DNA of 64,000 bases, taken from positions 248,001 through 312,000 of the forward strand of contig JAPMXV010000029.1 of assembly GCA_026936335.1 (NCBI GenBank), in the 5' to 3' direction. The DNA is from Mantamonas sphyraenae STR306 (taxonomy: Eukaryota > Protista > CRuMs). Below the pieces are notes generated by a model. That model was not told the DNA's origin and did not search any database. It saw only the letters and a list, made by a program, of their open reading frames with translations. The translations under genes were made by a program, and so were the position numbers. Below, piece after piece: positions 1 to 13,825 of the stretch. How positions within the stretch are numbered: the first letter of the stretch is position 1; every line of letters starts with the position of its first letter.

Positions 1-3000
1 ATGCGCAACGTCTTTGGATGGCACAGTAGCCCGTCTCCCATCATCATGTGTCACCAGCTCCTGTCCATGGCCGCGATCATGCGTGAGCTGAACGACGCAC
101 AACCAGACACACAGGCCATGTACCACCAGTTGCCGCCCGCAGAGGTCGAGGCTGCAGAGAACAAGCGCCAAACCGTGCTGCAGGCCATGGCCACCCGTGT
201 ACCCCTCCTCTACGAGCAGCTCAGTCAGAGTTTGCAACAGATGGACGATGAATCGGCCCAGCTCAAGGCCGTGTCTGTGTTGCAAGACAAGGAGTGGATC
301 TGGATGGGTGGCGCGTTTGCACGCAGCCAAAACACGGCCTTTCACTGTCCCGTGCAGGCTGAGCCCCACCTGTACGCCATTCCAGGTGACATGGTTGCTT
401 TCCGCTGGCTGTTTGAGCTGTGTGGCGTGCGCGACGAGTTTGCGGCCGCCGATCTGGTCAGCGTGCTCGACAGCCTGCAAAGCAAGTACGGCAAGGAGGC
501 GGTGTTGAACGACGCTGACCTGCAAATGAGCATTGCTATCTGCCAGCGGCTGGCGTACATGGACCGCAGCAGCTACGAAGTGCTGGTGCCGTCGAAATTG
601 GGCATGCTCTGTGTGTCCACAACGATGTGCTTCGACGACGCCCCCTGGCTCAAACAGTCTCAGAAAACACGCCAAGAGCGCGATTTCGTGCATCCACAGA
701 TCTCCCACGAGGTCGCCTCGCTGCTCGGTGTTCGATCGCTGCGGCAGACACTCGTTTCGCAGTCGTCCGACGTCATGCAGTTTGACATGGACCAGGCCAG
801 TGCAGAAGCATTTGGCCAGCACGAACCCCTGACAGGTCGCATTGCAAACATCCTGCAAAGCTATGCCATAGGCCCTCCCGTGCTGTACGAGATCCTGCAA
901 AACGCAGACGACGCACAGGCCACACAGGTCCACTTTATCATCGACCGCACCCAGTATGGCACAAGCAGCCTCATGGCCCCTGGAATGAGCGAGTTCCAAG
1001 GCCCTGCTCTGCTCGTGTACAACGACAGTGTGTTTACGTCGCGCGATCTGCGACGCATCACGCGCTTGGGTGTCTCCTCCAAGAAGGAGGACGTGAGCAG
1101 CACTGGACGCTACGGTCTGGGCTTCAACTCGGTGTACCACTTTACAGACATGCCTGCATTTGTCAGCGACACCAACCTGGTGATCTTTGACCCTCATGCA
1201 CGCTATGTGCCGGGCACATCCTCTGCACAGCCGGGTCTCAAGATCAACTTTACACGCAGCAGCCTCGTGGACCAGTTTTCCGACTCGTTTGAGCCTTTCC
1301 GACGATGTGGCTGCACCCTGGACGAACCTTTTCGGGGCACCCTGTTCCGCCTTCCGCTGCGCACAACCAAGTTGGCAAAGGAAAGCGAGATCAAGCGTGC
1401 CGCGTACACTCTCGACGATTTGGAATCTCTTCTGACTGCGTTCCAGGAAATGGCCACTGAGGCCTTGCTGTTCATGAAGAACGTTCGGCGCATCTCCATC
1501 TTTGACCACAGCGGCGTTGACGGCGAAGAACCGCAGCTACTGTTTGAGACGGCTTTTACGGGCTTGGACAAAGAGACGCGCAAGAGCATGGAGACCATTC
1601 CCAAGTGGGTGTCGAGTCGCTCGTCGCACGAACGCATCCTCCGTGACTTGAGCAAGACCAGCGAGAGCAAGCTGCCCCTGTCTGTGGCCAACGTGGGCAT
1701 CACCACGCGTCTGGGAGACGAGCTGTCCATTGAGAGCCAATGGATGATCTGCAGCGTGATGTCTGGTGGAGCTGCCAAGGAGCTCACTGTCAGCGGACGC
1801 ATGGAGAACGAACTCAACGCACGTGTGCTGCCATGGTGCTCTGTCGCAGCCAAACTTGCAGACTCGCAGCAGAACGCGTCGACAGGCAGCAAAGAAGCGA
1901 CGTCGTCTTCGACATCATCGTCCTCATCCTCATCCGCAGCGGCGTCCTCGGCGTCCGCGTTGGGCATTGAAGGCCGCGCCTTTTGCGGCCTGCCCCTTCC
2001 CGTCAAGACAGACCTGCCCCTACATGTGAACAGCAACTATTTTGAGCTGAGCGTGAACCGCCGTGACGTGTGGTGGAGTGTGGGTGATCTGCAGGGCGAG
2101 GGCAAGTTGCGTGCAGATTGGAACGCGGCGCTGCTGGAAGACAGCGCCTGCAAAGCGTACGTGCAAATGCTCCACGCCGTGCGAACTCGATGCGATCCCA
2201 GCGTGCGGGCTTCGCTTCGCTCCTACTACAGCATGTGGCCCCAGCGGCATATCAACCAACCGTGGGACATTCTGGTCGACGCTGTGTACGCCGCCGTCCT
2301 TGACGAGCCTCTCATCTACACGCCCGTTGGACACAGCTTTGTGCGTGTAGCAGATGCGCTGTTCGTTCCGCCAGACATGCGCATTGACGATCCGGTCATT
2401 GCACTGCTGGTGGACGAAGGATTGCCTGTGGCTGAGGTGCCCGAGAGTATCCTGGACATGCTGCGTGAGAGCTGCACACGCCACTCTGTGCGTTTGAACA
2501 CTATTGGACCGGAGCTGGTGCGCTCGCTGTTGCGCAAGGCCGAGGTGCGCGATGCCGCAGCCAGGCAAAAGCGACGCAAGATTCCTGACACGCCGCTTCG
2601 CCTGGCAGAGAACCTGCCGACGCTGCTGCAGTTCTGCTTGGCCGACCTGGATGGAAGCGATGCACGCAACCAGGACGGCAACCACGGATACGACCAACTG
2701 CATGGCTTGCCTTTGATTCCACTGTCCGATGGTACGCGCGGCACGTTTTGTGCACACGCCCCGCCCGCGGGCTCCACGGTGCCCTTTGTACAGTATTTTG
2801 TGGTGGAAGTGGCGCAAGCAAACCTTGTGGAGGCAAAACCGGATGTAACGGTGGACGTGCGGCAGCTGCCGTCACGTGTCGTCGACGCATTGCGCAGTGA
2901 AGCGCTGCAGAGTGAACTCAACGTCGAGTCTCTGCGTGTGGATTCCCTGATGCAGCTGCTGCCTTCCATGTTGCCTGGCTCCTGGATGTATCAGGATCGT

Positions 3001-6000
3001 GTGCCGTGGGATGGCGAGCAACCAAGCTTGGCCTGGCTTGCCGATTTCTGGCGCTTGGTTTTGGAGAGCGACGAGCTCCCTCGTGTTTCGTCCTGGCCCC
3101 TCCTTCCGTGTCAGGAGGATGTGTTGTGTCTGTTGCAGGAGCAGCACACAATGGTGTTGCGAGACGCTGAACATCTGCCAAAGGACGTGCGTCAGATGCT
3201 GACCACCCTGGGCTGCCGTGCCCTCGACACGGAGCGATTCCCAGTGTTGCGACACGCTTCGTTGGATGAGTATGTGCATCCGCCAACGGCTTTGGGTGTG
3301 CTGAACGCACTTCTCGCAGTGGGAGGAGGCAGCGTCGCAAAGGCCGCCACGTTGATCGAAGCCAAGTGCGGGCATGTGGCACCTCGGCAGCGGCTGGCTT
3401 TGTCCGAGTTTGTGTGCGAGCATGTTGAGGAGCTGGATCACAATCAGGTGCACACGTTGATGCAGCTGCCGCTGTTTATGCGCCACGGAGGCAAGAAGGA
3501 GTTCACTTCGCTGCATGGCAAGCGGTTGTACCTCGCACCGAGGCACATGGACGCCGCCCTGCTGACGTCTGACTTTGTGGTTGCCAGCAACGACGCCGTG
3601 GAGGCGTTCCTGGCCAGCGAACGGGTGACCAGCGTCAGCAGTGTGACCGAAGCACAAGTGTTTGGTGACTTTTTCTTCCAGCACGTCTCGCAGTACGAAG
3701 CCGACATGGTTGAACAGAGCATGCTGTACGTATTGGTCAACCTGCAGCGCCTGTGTGAGGACACACCGGGCTTTCGTGACCAGATCCGGGCGCTTGCTTT
3801 TGTGCCGACCGCCAGCGGCACCCTGCGTCGCCCCAACGAGCTGGTGGACCCACGCCAAGAGCAACTCACAGCCATTATGGATCCGCAAACAAGTGTCCCT
3901 GTGCGCAAGTTTGGGCAGGGCCATATGTTGGATGTGCTGGTGACACTGGGCCTGCAAACCGAACTGACACGCCGTGGAGTGGCCGATGCCGTGCTTCAGG
4001 TGCACGAAGTGAGCAAAGCCATGGCGGACAGCCTTCGTGGAGCAGCCATGGACGAAGAGCGCCGGGATGCGTTATGTACGGCCATTGGTGACCGGGCCAA
4101 GGGGTTGCTGGCGTACGTCGACGGCCATTACGGCCGTTTGTTGGGTGAGCACGGCGGCGTCGATGGAGAAGCAGATGATGTTGAACACGGAGGCGTGTCG
4201 CGTGAGGAGCTGCACGAGCTGTTGACCACGCGTGTTTGGCTGCCTGTCCTGCGCACGCCGCCGGACGACCTACTGCCGTGGAATGTGAATCCTCAGACGG
4301 CCACGCCGACGGCCCAGGCTGCAGGCGTGCGACCTGCGTCGCACGTTTGGCTCACTTCGTACACAACACGCATTTTGGACGGGAGTGTGCATTCGGCGGC
4401 GTTGCGTGAGCTGCTGGGACTCAACAAGCGACCTAAGGTCACCGAAGTGGCCATTCAGTTGGCCCACGTAGGTGAGCTGTACGAGCGCAGGCGCAAGGAG
4501 AAAGGCGAGGAGGCGTTCAGTGCAGCCGAGAACGAACGTGTCGACGGCGCAGTGATGCGCATGTACGGCCATCTGAACGCGGCCGCACAGGGCGAGCAGA
4601 GCCAGGAGGTTCTGAACTGCTTCCACATGCTGGGCTCCAGTACAAACGTGGCCTCGTTGTGGCTTGGCGATCGCTTTGTCCGCCCGGGCGACGCCGTGTT
4701 CCGAGCCCAGGTGGAGTTGCCTGGGTTCAAGTGGAAGGTACCTCGTGCGTACCGGGACTTTGAGCCCATGTTGCGCCTGCTTGGCGTCAAGCCGCACTTG
4801 ACAACCATGGACCTCGTGCTGTTCCTTCGCTTCATGGGCGAGAAGTACGCACGCAAGCCAGCTGCAGACGAGACCATCAACACCGTTCTGGGCGTGCTGC
4901 ATCGTTTGTTTGACGACGAAGACGCAGAGGAGGATCGAGCAGCGGTGTCGAACAAAGGCAGCCAGGAGGACACTGAGGATGCACCCAAGTCGCTGCGATT
5001 GGACGATGCGGACGCAGCACTGCGCAGGCATGTGCACCTGCCCACAACAGACAACACGGTTCTCCCAGCGAGCGAAGTGCTGTACGACGACGCATCGTGG
5101 CTCAAGACAGCAGGTGGGGCGTATGCGTTTGTGCACGCGAGTATCGACAACGAGATGGCCAAACGTGCGGGTGCACGGTCGCTCCGCTCCCTCCTCGTCT
5201 CCCTGGACAAACTGGAGCAAAAGACGCTCCCCTGTCCTTTGCTGCAAGAAATTCAGTACCGCATGGCGGGTTTGGGAGTGGAGAATACGCTGGTGGATTT
5301 GATGGAGGTGGCGGATGTCCACGGCGCTTCCGTGTTCCGTGTTGCCTACGACGCACGCCAGCACCCATCCCAGTCCCTACTGCATCCGTCGCTGTCAATG
5401 CTGCAGGGACCCGCACTCACGGTGTTTTTCGATGCGCCCATGGACTCGGAAACGATTGTTGAGCTGTTTGAAGTGGTGAAGCGACGCTCGTCGCAGCTGC
5501 GAGTCGGTGCCGGGTTTACCTCGTGTTTTCAGGTCACCGATGTGCCCACCATTGTCAGCGGCGACTATTTGTACCTGTTTGACCCGTCTAGGCAATACTT
5601 GGCACGTGTGGATGACGATCAGGAAGAAGGCGACGTGGTTGGACAGCCGTCTTCCTCCTCCTCCTCCTCCTCCTCCTCCTCCAAGAAAGTGCCAAAGCAG
5701 GACAACGTGCTCACGGGCAAGGCGTTCAAGTTCACTGGGGATGGTGATCTTGTGTCTCACTTCCCCGACCAGTTCTCAGCGCTGTGCATGTTTGACTTTG
5801 ACGGAACACGGTCGTTGAAACAGGGAACCATGGTGCGCATGCCTTTGCGCAGGGTCAAAGGAGGCGTGCTGGACGACAGCGACCATGTGGGCATGGATCC
5901 GCAGCGTGTGCTTGCCCCTTTGCGAAACCTGGACACCATGTTGATGCTGTTTGTACGCAGTCTGCACACGGTGCAGCTTTTCCAGTGCGCCGAGAGTGAT

Positions 6001-9000
6001 GACCACGAGAGCATTGAGCGCCAAATCAGCATTTCCATGACGAAGGAGTACCGCGCAGCACACAACGCACTGCTAGCGGACCAAACGTGGCGCAAGAAGC
6101 GACTGATGGAGTGGTTGAGCGCGTGGGAGCCGCTTTCGCAGCAGTACGTCGTGGAGGTCTCGTCGTCGCACATGGACAAGGACGAGGTACAGAATGATCG
6201 CTGGCTTGTCTTTGAGGAATTGGGCCAGTCGCAATTGCGCGACATGGCTCTGGACACAGAGAACGAACAGCAGTTCTTGGTACCCTTTGTCCAGATTGCG
6301 TTTCTGCTGAGCCGCAACGGCGCAGGACGGCCCCCGCATGTGACAGGACGCGTGTTTGAAGCAAACTCGCCCCTTCTCAGTGCCTTACCCCTCCCTGTGG
6401 CCATGAGTGGCATGTTCATGACCGACTTTCTGACAAAAACCATCGAGTTGGAGGCCCACACGGCCAACGGCTTGTTTGTGCGATGGAACACTGCCATGCT
6501 CAGCAGCCTTGGCAAGCTGTACTCGCGAGCTATGGAAGGCATGCCAAAGCACTTCCGCCTCGACCCCAGCAGTGTGTATGCCTTTTGGCCATTCCTTGAC
6601 CCGACTGAGAGCTACCGACGGGACCCGCCTGCGCTGCGCTCACGCCGTGTCTCCAGCGCAGCGTCTGCTTCCGAAGAGGAGGCATCGTCGTCTTCCTCTT
6701 CCTCTTCCTCTTCCTCTTCCTCCTCCTCCACTAGCCCTCCATCCTCGTCCTCCAGCAAGAATGGGGCGATCGCCGAGAGCGACGATGCCGAGGACGACGT
6801 GGGCTTTTTCGGATCATTGAAGGACGAAGCGTTGACACGTGTGCTGGAAGGGGAGTTTAAGGACGTGTTGATGCAAGACCTTGCGACGCAGCCGCTGTTT
6901 CTGGATGGCAAAGGCCAGTTCCGCGCGATCCACGAGGGATCGTTTCTGGACCCTCGCTTCCGTGTGCCGGGCATTGTGCGCACATTTATCGATCGGCAGG
7001 TGCGCAACGATGTGTTTGACATCCCATCGGCCGTGGTGCACACTTTGCAGCACCCGAGCGTGGCGTCTGTGGCGTCCATGGAGGAGGTAACGCCAGAGAC
7101 AGTGCGCATGACGCTGCACAAACTGAACAGCACTCCGAAGCTGGGATCGACCGCAGACGCTCAGGAGCGCTATCTGATGGAACTACTCCGGTACTGCATG
7201 GCTGACCTGCTCCGATCCCAACAGTACGAGCAGCTGGTGGGTCTCCCGCTACTGCCCCTGCTGGTTGGCGGCGTGGGCAAGTTTGGCGAGGCGTACTTCC
7301 TGGCGGGGGAGGAGGAGCGCCGCATGTTCCCGGATCTAAAGGAACGCTTCTTGGCCACGCCGTGTGTGAGTGTTCTGGAGCGCCACGTGCTCAACGACAA
7401 ATTCACGAGCGTGACCAAGATTCGCAATCTGGATGCAGGAGCCCTGGCAACCCAATTGCACCGAGTGCTGCCGGCCCAGTGGAAGAACGAACGCTTTGTG
7501 GCATACGAGCCCGAGGGCAACAACGATCATCCGTCGATGGAATGGATGCAGAAGCTGTGGGCGTTCATTGCGAAGGACAACGTGCACCTGAGCAAGTTTG
7601 AGGCGTGGCCAATCATCCTGTGCACCAGCGGAGAGCTTGCGTCGCCTCGTGCGCTTCCCATGTTGATTGGCCTGCCCGAAGGCACAGATGCACGCATGAA
7701 ACCACTGCTTGAGAAGCTGCGCGTACCCATGCTGCACGCAGAATGTGGACAGCACCTGGATGCAGCGCGCATTAGCGAACCCGACATGCTGTTGCTGGAC
7801 ATCTTGAACTGCCTGCAGCTGATGATGCAAGTGGACGAAATGCAACGAAAGCCTGACTTTGACGCTCTGGACGAGGAAGATCGTCGCTTCCTGCTGTCAC
7901 AGCTGATGACATGCACGTACCCGCCGCAAAACAACCAGCCGCTGGAGTGGCGCTTCACACCCATGCAGCTGGAGGTTTTGCGAGACATGCCTCTGTTTGA
8001 GCTGATGCGGCCCGACTACGACGAAGGCGAGGTGCGCTTCGGCAGTTTGCGGGAAGTGGAAGGGACATTTGACACACACCCGTTCCTGCAACCCGAGAAC
8101 GACCCCCGCTTCGTGCGCAGAGACAACTGGACGTTTCTGAAGATGTTGGGCGTGCAGAAAGCTCAGCTATGGTGATGTGATGGGCAGGTACGTGGTGGAT
8201 GAGATGCACACATATGACAACGATCGGCGGATGGCTGTTCTTACGGATCTGCGTGACAACTGGACACAGGGTCGCACCTACGTGTCTGCGTCCTGGATGA
8301 AGGACAAGATGATTTCGCTTGCGTTTGTGCCTGTGAACGAAGCAGGTGCGCCCGAACGACGAGCGAGCGACCTATTGGATCCTCGTATCGATCTCGTGGC
8401 CCGCATCTTTGAAGACGATCAGTCGCAGTTCCCCGAACGCTCGCTGCAAGGTGAAACATGGCTGCGCTGGTTCACCACGTTGGGCATGAAGAGCAGCATC
8501 GATCTGGAGCTCTTTTACGCCTGTGCGAACAAGATTGCCGACCGTGGGCAAGTTCAAGTCGCCACCTCATCATCCTCAGCATCCTCAGCATCCTCATCGT
8601 CCTCATCGTCCTCATCGTCCTCGTCAACAAGCATCAACAGCGACGTTGGTGCTGATGTGAGTGTCGAAGTGGACGAAGGAGTGCCGTTGGCGCTGTGGAA
8701 GAGCGCAGCAGACCTCATTCGCTACCTGAACGGACATTTTGCCAATCTGTACACCAACAAGATGGCGGAGCAGCTTTCTGGTGTTGCCTTTGTGCCTGTG
8801 ATTGAACCCATGAGCAGAGACACACGCCGGTTGGTGTGCTTCCGCGAGACGGTGCTGTACAGGTTGCGCACAATCGCGTTTACAGTGCTCCCTGTACTTG
8901 GCGAGGATCTAGAGCCGTACAAAGCGATGCATGCGGGTCTTGGGTTGCAAGACAAGGTTAACTCAGCTGTGGTGATGCAACACCTGCGCAACCTGGTGCG

Positions 9001-11071
9001 CACAGACGCCGTGTCAGCGTGGCACTACACCGACGACATCCACGGCGTGTTTACAGACATCATGGCCTTCTTGCACACGCACTTTGACGAGCTGCCCACC
9101 AGCGACCGCCAGTTTCTGGTCACTCAGCCGTGGATCCCCATCGGTGACCGCTATGTGCAGGTGTCGCGTGTGTACCGATGCCTGGGTCAATCGCTGGCCC
9201 CATTTGTGTTTGAGCTGCCGGAGCACTTTGTGGCCAATGAGGCCTTTCTGAACAAATTGGGCATGAAGGAACGACCCGAAACGGGCGATTTGCAACACAT
9301 TCTGGTCGAGTTGGAACAAGAATGTGGTGGTGAACCGTTGAATCCGAACGAGCTCCTTGCAGTGATCCGCCTGTTGAGTGTAGTGAGCTCCACGACCGGC
9401 AGCGAGAAGAGCAGCAGCAGCAGCAAAAGTGGCAAGCAAACAGACTTGCCTGTGTTTGTGCCGAACGAGGACAGCGTGCTCGTGCCGGCCGACGGATGCT
9501 TCTACGCGGATTCGCCATGGCTTTTTGGTCGCATCCAGCACGAACGCATGCAGTTTGCAAACAGCAAGATGGGCCTGGGCATGTGCAAACGCTTGGGGGT
9601 GTATCCACTGAGCGAAGTTGTGCAGGAGCGCATGCGCGAACAGACACGGAACGCAGTGTTGGCGTCGCCGTTGGATACTGACGACACGCGGCGCCTGACA
9701 ACTCTGTTGCACTCGTTCGAGTTTGCAGAAGGTGTTGTGCGTGTGTTGCGTGACCAGCAGCAGGGTGCTCACGACCAGATCGCAGTACGTGCGGATGGGG
9801 TGCGCGCCACCATCCGAGCGTTTGCACTGCACTTTGTGCAAATCGGACGGCTGGCCACACGTTTCATGCTGCAGCAGCGGCACAAGAGCAGTGGAAAGAC
9901 AAAACGCAGCCAGTCAGACGTGACCCTGAAGGATGACGTGGGCAGTGTTGTGTACGTAGACACTGGCGTGCCTGAGATCATCGTCGCTGCCGAGGCATTT
10001 GCACACGACGGGCCGGTCAGCCTGGAACAGCGGCTGGCCAAGATTGTTGTGCGAGACGTGTTGCGTCTGGATGCCTTGGATGATTTGCTGCCGGTGGCAG
10101 TGATGCTTGGATGCCAGGAGCCGCAGGAGGTGAGTACGGCGCTGGACGAATTGCACGTGCGCCAGAAGAACGCATCGGGTATGGAACGCGGAGAACCCGG
10201 AGCTGTGTTGACAGATGCCGATCGCGAGGCTGTAGAACTGAAGCCGCTGCGACACTACAGCATGGGCGAGGTGGTTGCGTGGCAGGATGACGACGGTGAA
10301 CTTCGGTACGGCATCGTCACCGAAGCCAAGGAAGTGGAGGATCTACGACACGCAATGCATGTGCAGGTGTCCAATCAAGGCGACACACGGCTGCTCATGA
10401 GCACCTCTCTGCTCACCTTTCGCAAGAGTGGCATGCAGGGCAAGGGCAAGAGCAAGGCAAACCGCACCAGCAGCAGTGGCGACAGTAGCAGCAGTAGCAG
10501 TGGAGCTGTGTCCGGGGCCGAAGAACTGGATGTAGATGAGGTGGACGAAGCGGTGATGCGCAAGTTGGACAAGCTGCGTCAGGGAATGATGGGAACAGGG
10601 TCGGTTTCGGATGAGTCGGGATCATCCTCTTCGTCAGTGTCTTTGTCGTCCAAGAATGGAGGCAAGGGTGGCACACACAGTGTTGTGGACGAGCGACAGG
10701 TGGTCAAGGCCATTGCCGACCTGTTGGCAAAGATCAACGTGCCGCTGGATGTGGACGTGCAGGAGGTTGTGGCCAAGAACATGCGCCTTGAGAGGGAGCT
10801 GGAGGAGGCACGGCAACGAGCATTGGAGGCGGAACAGACGCGCGGTGACATGGGACAGCTCAAGGAGAATCTGCAGGAAATGGTGACGTGTGCTGTGTGC
10901 ATCTCCAATGTGGTGGATCGGGTGTTGGTCCCCTGCGGCCATACACTGTGCAGCGAGTGTGTCACAGGACTCCAACGTACGGGCTCCAAGTGTCCCATGT
11001 GCCGTGCACGCTTCACCAGCACCTCTGCATTCTTCCTGGCCAATTCTCTGGCGGAAGAAATCGGCGAGTGA
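1..11071 (+). CDS. Sacsin-like giant protein with C-terminal C3HC4 RING finger (5'-truncated; apparent +1 frameshift at ~8158-8161 joins ORFs 1..8175 and 8177..11071)
   Basis: Sacsin repeat with Hsp90-like ATPase motifs (FGQHEPLTGRIANILQSY, EILQNADDA, GRYGLGFNSVYHFTD, GTLFRLPLR). A degenerate further repeat (DLMEVADVHGAS). C-terminal CAVC..VPCGHTLCSEC..CPMCR RING. Removing one A at CAGAAAGCTC gives the continuous reading LGVQKLSYGDVMGRY. Confidence 0.9.
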
Positions 11072-11090
11072 GAGGGCGAGACCAACGCAA

Positions 11091-11927
11091 ATGCAGTGGC
11101 GTGAACACCACAAAGAACAGCGCACCTATGCCTCTGGCACATTTCTGATCGTTGGCCTGGTGTTGCTTGCCCTCTCTGTCCTCGATGTCTTGTGGGAGGA
11201 AGTGGAATGGGAAGGGTGGCCGCCTCGAACGGCTCTCGTCCTTCAAACAGCCAAGCAGACCATGGGGAATCGCCATCGCGCTCTGCTCAGGCTACAGGTG
11301 TGTAATGCTACGGTGTGTGCCAATACCACGGCATTTGACGACCCATACGAGGCGTTTGGGTTCGGAGACGTGGATGCGTTTCTGGCCAAACACCCTGCTG
11401 GGTCCTCCCTGCAAGTGTTTGCCAATCCAACACGCGTGCAACAAGTGTCTCTGCAGCGCTGTTGCACCGTGTGGCCGTTTGTGATGCTACCGCTCGTGGC
11501 TCTCCTGCTTTTCTTGTCCGCTTCCTCCGCGCTCTGCCATCAACGCGTCGACCACACCCTGCACATCCTTTGTTGCGACTGCGGCAACCCGCTTTATATT
11601 TATTTCTGCCCGCTGCTGGTCCCTGTGGGCTTGCTCTGCATGTGGGCGAGCCTGGAGCTCGTTCCAGCCAAGCTGACCTGGATGATCGTTGTTTTCTGCG
11701 CCTTGTCCACAGCCACGTGTGCGGTGGGCTGCTGTGCAACGCGTGGTGCCATGCAGGAACAACGACGTGGCTGCTACGCCGGTTCAAAAGGCACCCTGAA
11801 GCTCGAGGTGCTCATGCAAGCAGCCGAGGAGCAGGAACGCAGGGGCGAATCTGCCCCGCAAGGCAACAACGACGACGACGACGACGAGGCAACCGATGTG
11901 ACTCAGGCCACGCAGGCGTCTGTGTGA
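11091..11927 (+). CDS. Multi-pass membrane protein, DUF3592-like N-terminal region
   Basis: ATG at 11091 (MQWREHH). About 4 hydrophobic helices. The segment HPAGSSLQVFANP resembles the DUF3592 pattern. Acidic tail, TGA at 11927. Confidence 0.55.
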   Translation: MQWREHHKEQRTYASGTFLIVGLVLLALSVLDVLWEEVEWEGWPPRTALVLQTAKQTMGNRHRALLRLQVCNATVCANTTAFDDPYEAFGFGDVDAFLAKHPAGSSLQVFANPTRVQQVSLQRCCTVWPFVMLPLVALLLFLSASSALCHQRVDHTLHILCCDCGNPLYIYFCPLLVPVGLLCMWASLELVPAKLTWMIVVFCALSTATCAVGCCATRGAMQEQRRGCYAGSKGTLKLEVLMQAAEEQERRGESAPQGNNDDDDDEATDVTQATQASV

Positions 11928-11938
11928 CATTTTGTGTT

Positions 11939-13021
11939 TCAGGCAATGGTGTATTTGTCGTACTTTTGCGGATTGCTGGGGTCGTACACCTCCCAGCGAC
12001 TGGCCGGGTAGATGTGCTTGTTTGTCTCGTACCAATCCTTGGTGATGACCTTGCCCGCGTGCGCCTCGTCCTTCTCCACCGACGCGTTGGCCTGCATGCG
12101 CACGTCGTCGTGCACATCGAATGAAAACAGGGGACCCGACTTGCCGCGGGCCTTGTTGATGATGAGTTCGTAAAAGGTGACTCCGTGTGGGATGATCAGA
12201 TCTTCCTTGATGTACATCAGCTTCTCCACGGGCGTCTTGTTCAGCTCCTTAAACTCCCGCTTGACCTTGCTGAGAAAGTCTGAGATTGATGAACCCTTGT
12301 TCAGCACCACCGCCGCTCGGTGGCCACTGCCATCCCAGTAACTGTACGTGATTTCAATCTCTTCGGCCTTGGCTCGTTCTTGCTCCTCCTGCCACTCTCG
12401 CATCAGCATTAGCCGTGTCTCCCGCTCCTGCTTCTCTCGCTCCGGGTCTGGAAGGAAATCTGTTTGCACATTGGGGTTCTTTACAATCTTGGCCTTCTTG
12501 CGTGCGGGCCCCTGTCCGGCCGAAGCGAGCTCCTCCTCTTGCTCCGCTTCCTCGGTGCTGAGTGTGCCACTGTCAGCTCCACCGGCTTTCCTGCTGCTAC
12601 TGCTGCTGCTGCTGCTGCTGTTTGCCTCGTTTCCTGCATCCTCGTCGTCGTCTCCGTCCACTTCGTCCATGCTGAAGCTCAGTTGCTCCTTCTTCCGCTT
12701 CTTCTGCTTCTTCCGCTTCAGCCTGGCGCGTTCCTGCGCTCGTTCCTCCGCCAACGCGTCCGCCAGCTTCTTCTGCTCCAGCATCTCCCTACGCTTTTTG
12801 TAGTCCTCCACACTCACCAGGCCGACTGTGGCCCGTGACAGTTCCTCCTGGATGCTTTCCACCTTGCCGACAAACTTCTCTTTGATCTGCATCTCCCCAG
12901 CTCGCATGTCTTTCCGCAGCTTGTCCTGCTTCCTCTTCAACGCCTCCTTCTCCTCCTCCCGCTTGCGCTCCATGTTCAGGATGCGCGTAGCATCTGCACT
13001 CGTGCCCTTGTAGGAGGTCAT
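11939..13021 (-). CDS. FAM50: FAM50/XAP5 nuclear protein
   Basis: Starts MTSYKGTSADATRILNMERKRE. Conserved motifs KNPNVQTDFLPD, ITYSYWDGSGHR, YIKEDLIIPH, KARGKSGPLF, HIYPASRWEVYDP. Confidence 0.95.
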   Translation of the reverse strand: MTSYKGTSADATRILNMERKREEEKEALKRKQDKLRKDMRAGEMQIKEKFVGKVESIQEELSRATVGLVSVEDYKKRREMLEQKKLADALAEERAQERARLKRKKQKKRKKEQLSFSMDEVDGDDDEDAGNEANSSSSSSSSSRKAGGADSGTLSTEEAEQEEELASAGQGPARKKAKIVKNPNVQTDFLPDPEREKQERETRLMLMREWQEEQERAKAEEIEITYSYWDGSGHRAAVVLNKGSSISDFLSKVKREFKELNKTPVEKLMYIKEDLIIPHGVTFYELIINKARGKSGPLFSFDVHDDVRMQANASVEKDEAHAGKVITKDWYETNKHIYPASRWEVYDPSNPQKYDKYTIA

Positions 13022-13087
13022 CCCAAAAAGGTCCAGGGGTTGGCTCCGGCAGAGGGCAGCAACGCTGCTCGTTTGCTGCCAAACCAA
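13022..13087. promoter_or_regulatory. Probable minimal bidirectional promoter region (FAM50 / lipase)
   Basis: Only 66 bp between divergent ATGs. Function inferred from geometry only. Confidence 0.5.
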
Positions 13088-13788
13088 ATGGCGTGGCTGC
13101 TCGACTCCATCGAGGAGACCCTGTACGACACTCTCGGAGTGGCCAACGAGGGTCTCAAAACAGTCGCCTTTGAGTCGTTTGCCCTGACCCACCAGATATC
13201 CAACGGGGTTGCGGCAAGTGTGTTGCAGCTCTCGGACTACGACGCGTACACAGAGTACATTGAGAACCGCAAGCGCCACGTGGTGCGACCCGGAAACACT
13301 GTGGACGTCGATTCGGGCGCGGCGGCGGCAGAGGGCAATGGCGACAAACGTGGAGTGGCAAGAACGACAGCGAGCCGCGAAGGAGGCGAGTCGGAAAGCG
13401 GACGGGCCGCTGCCGAAGCTTCTCGCGGCAAACGCAAGACAAACATGACATTATTGGACATGGGGCTCAGCGAGGCCCTTTCGCTTGACATGGACCTGGA
13501 TGTGGACATTGACGAGCCGATCAACCTCAAAGATGTACAGGACAGGTGCGTTGTGCGTTGTGCGTTGATTGCTTTCCAACGTGAATCCTCCAACCACAAC
13601 ACTCCCCAACGCTGACACCGTTTCTCGGCTACATACCATGCACCCATGCCTCCCGGCACCCCGTCCGTTTTCTCACTTGTGGACACATGCACACATGCGG
13701 AAACAGGTTCAAACTCGCACAAGAGGTGTTCAACAGCGGGCAGAACGAGGCGCGGCTGCGAAGCAGTAGCAACGCAAGCGCAAACGGC

Positions 13789-13825
<37 letters not shown>

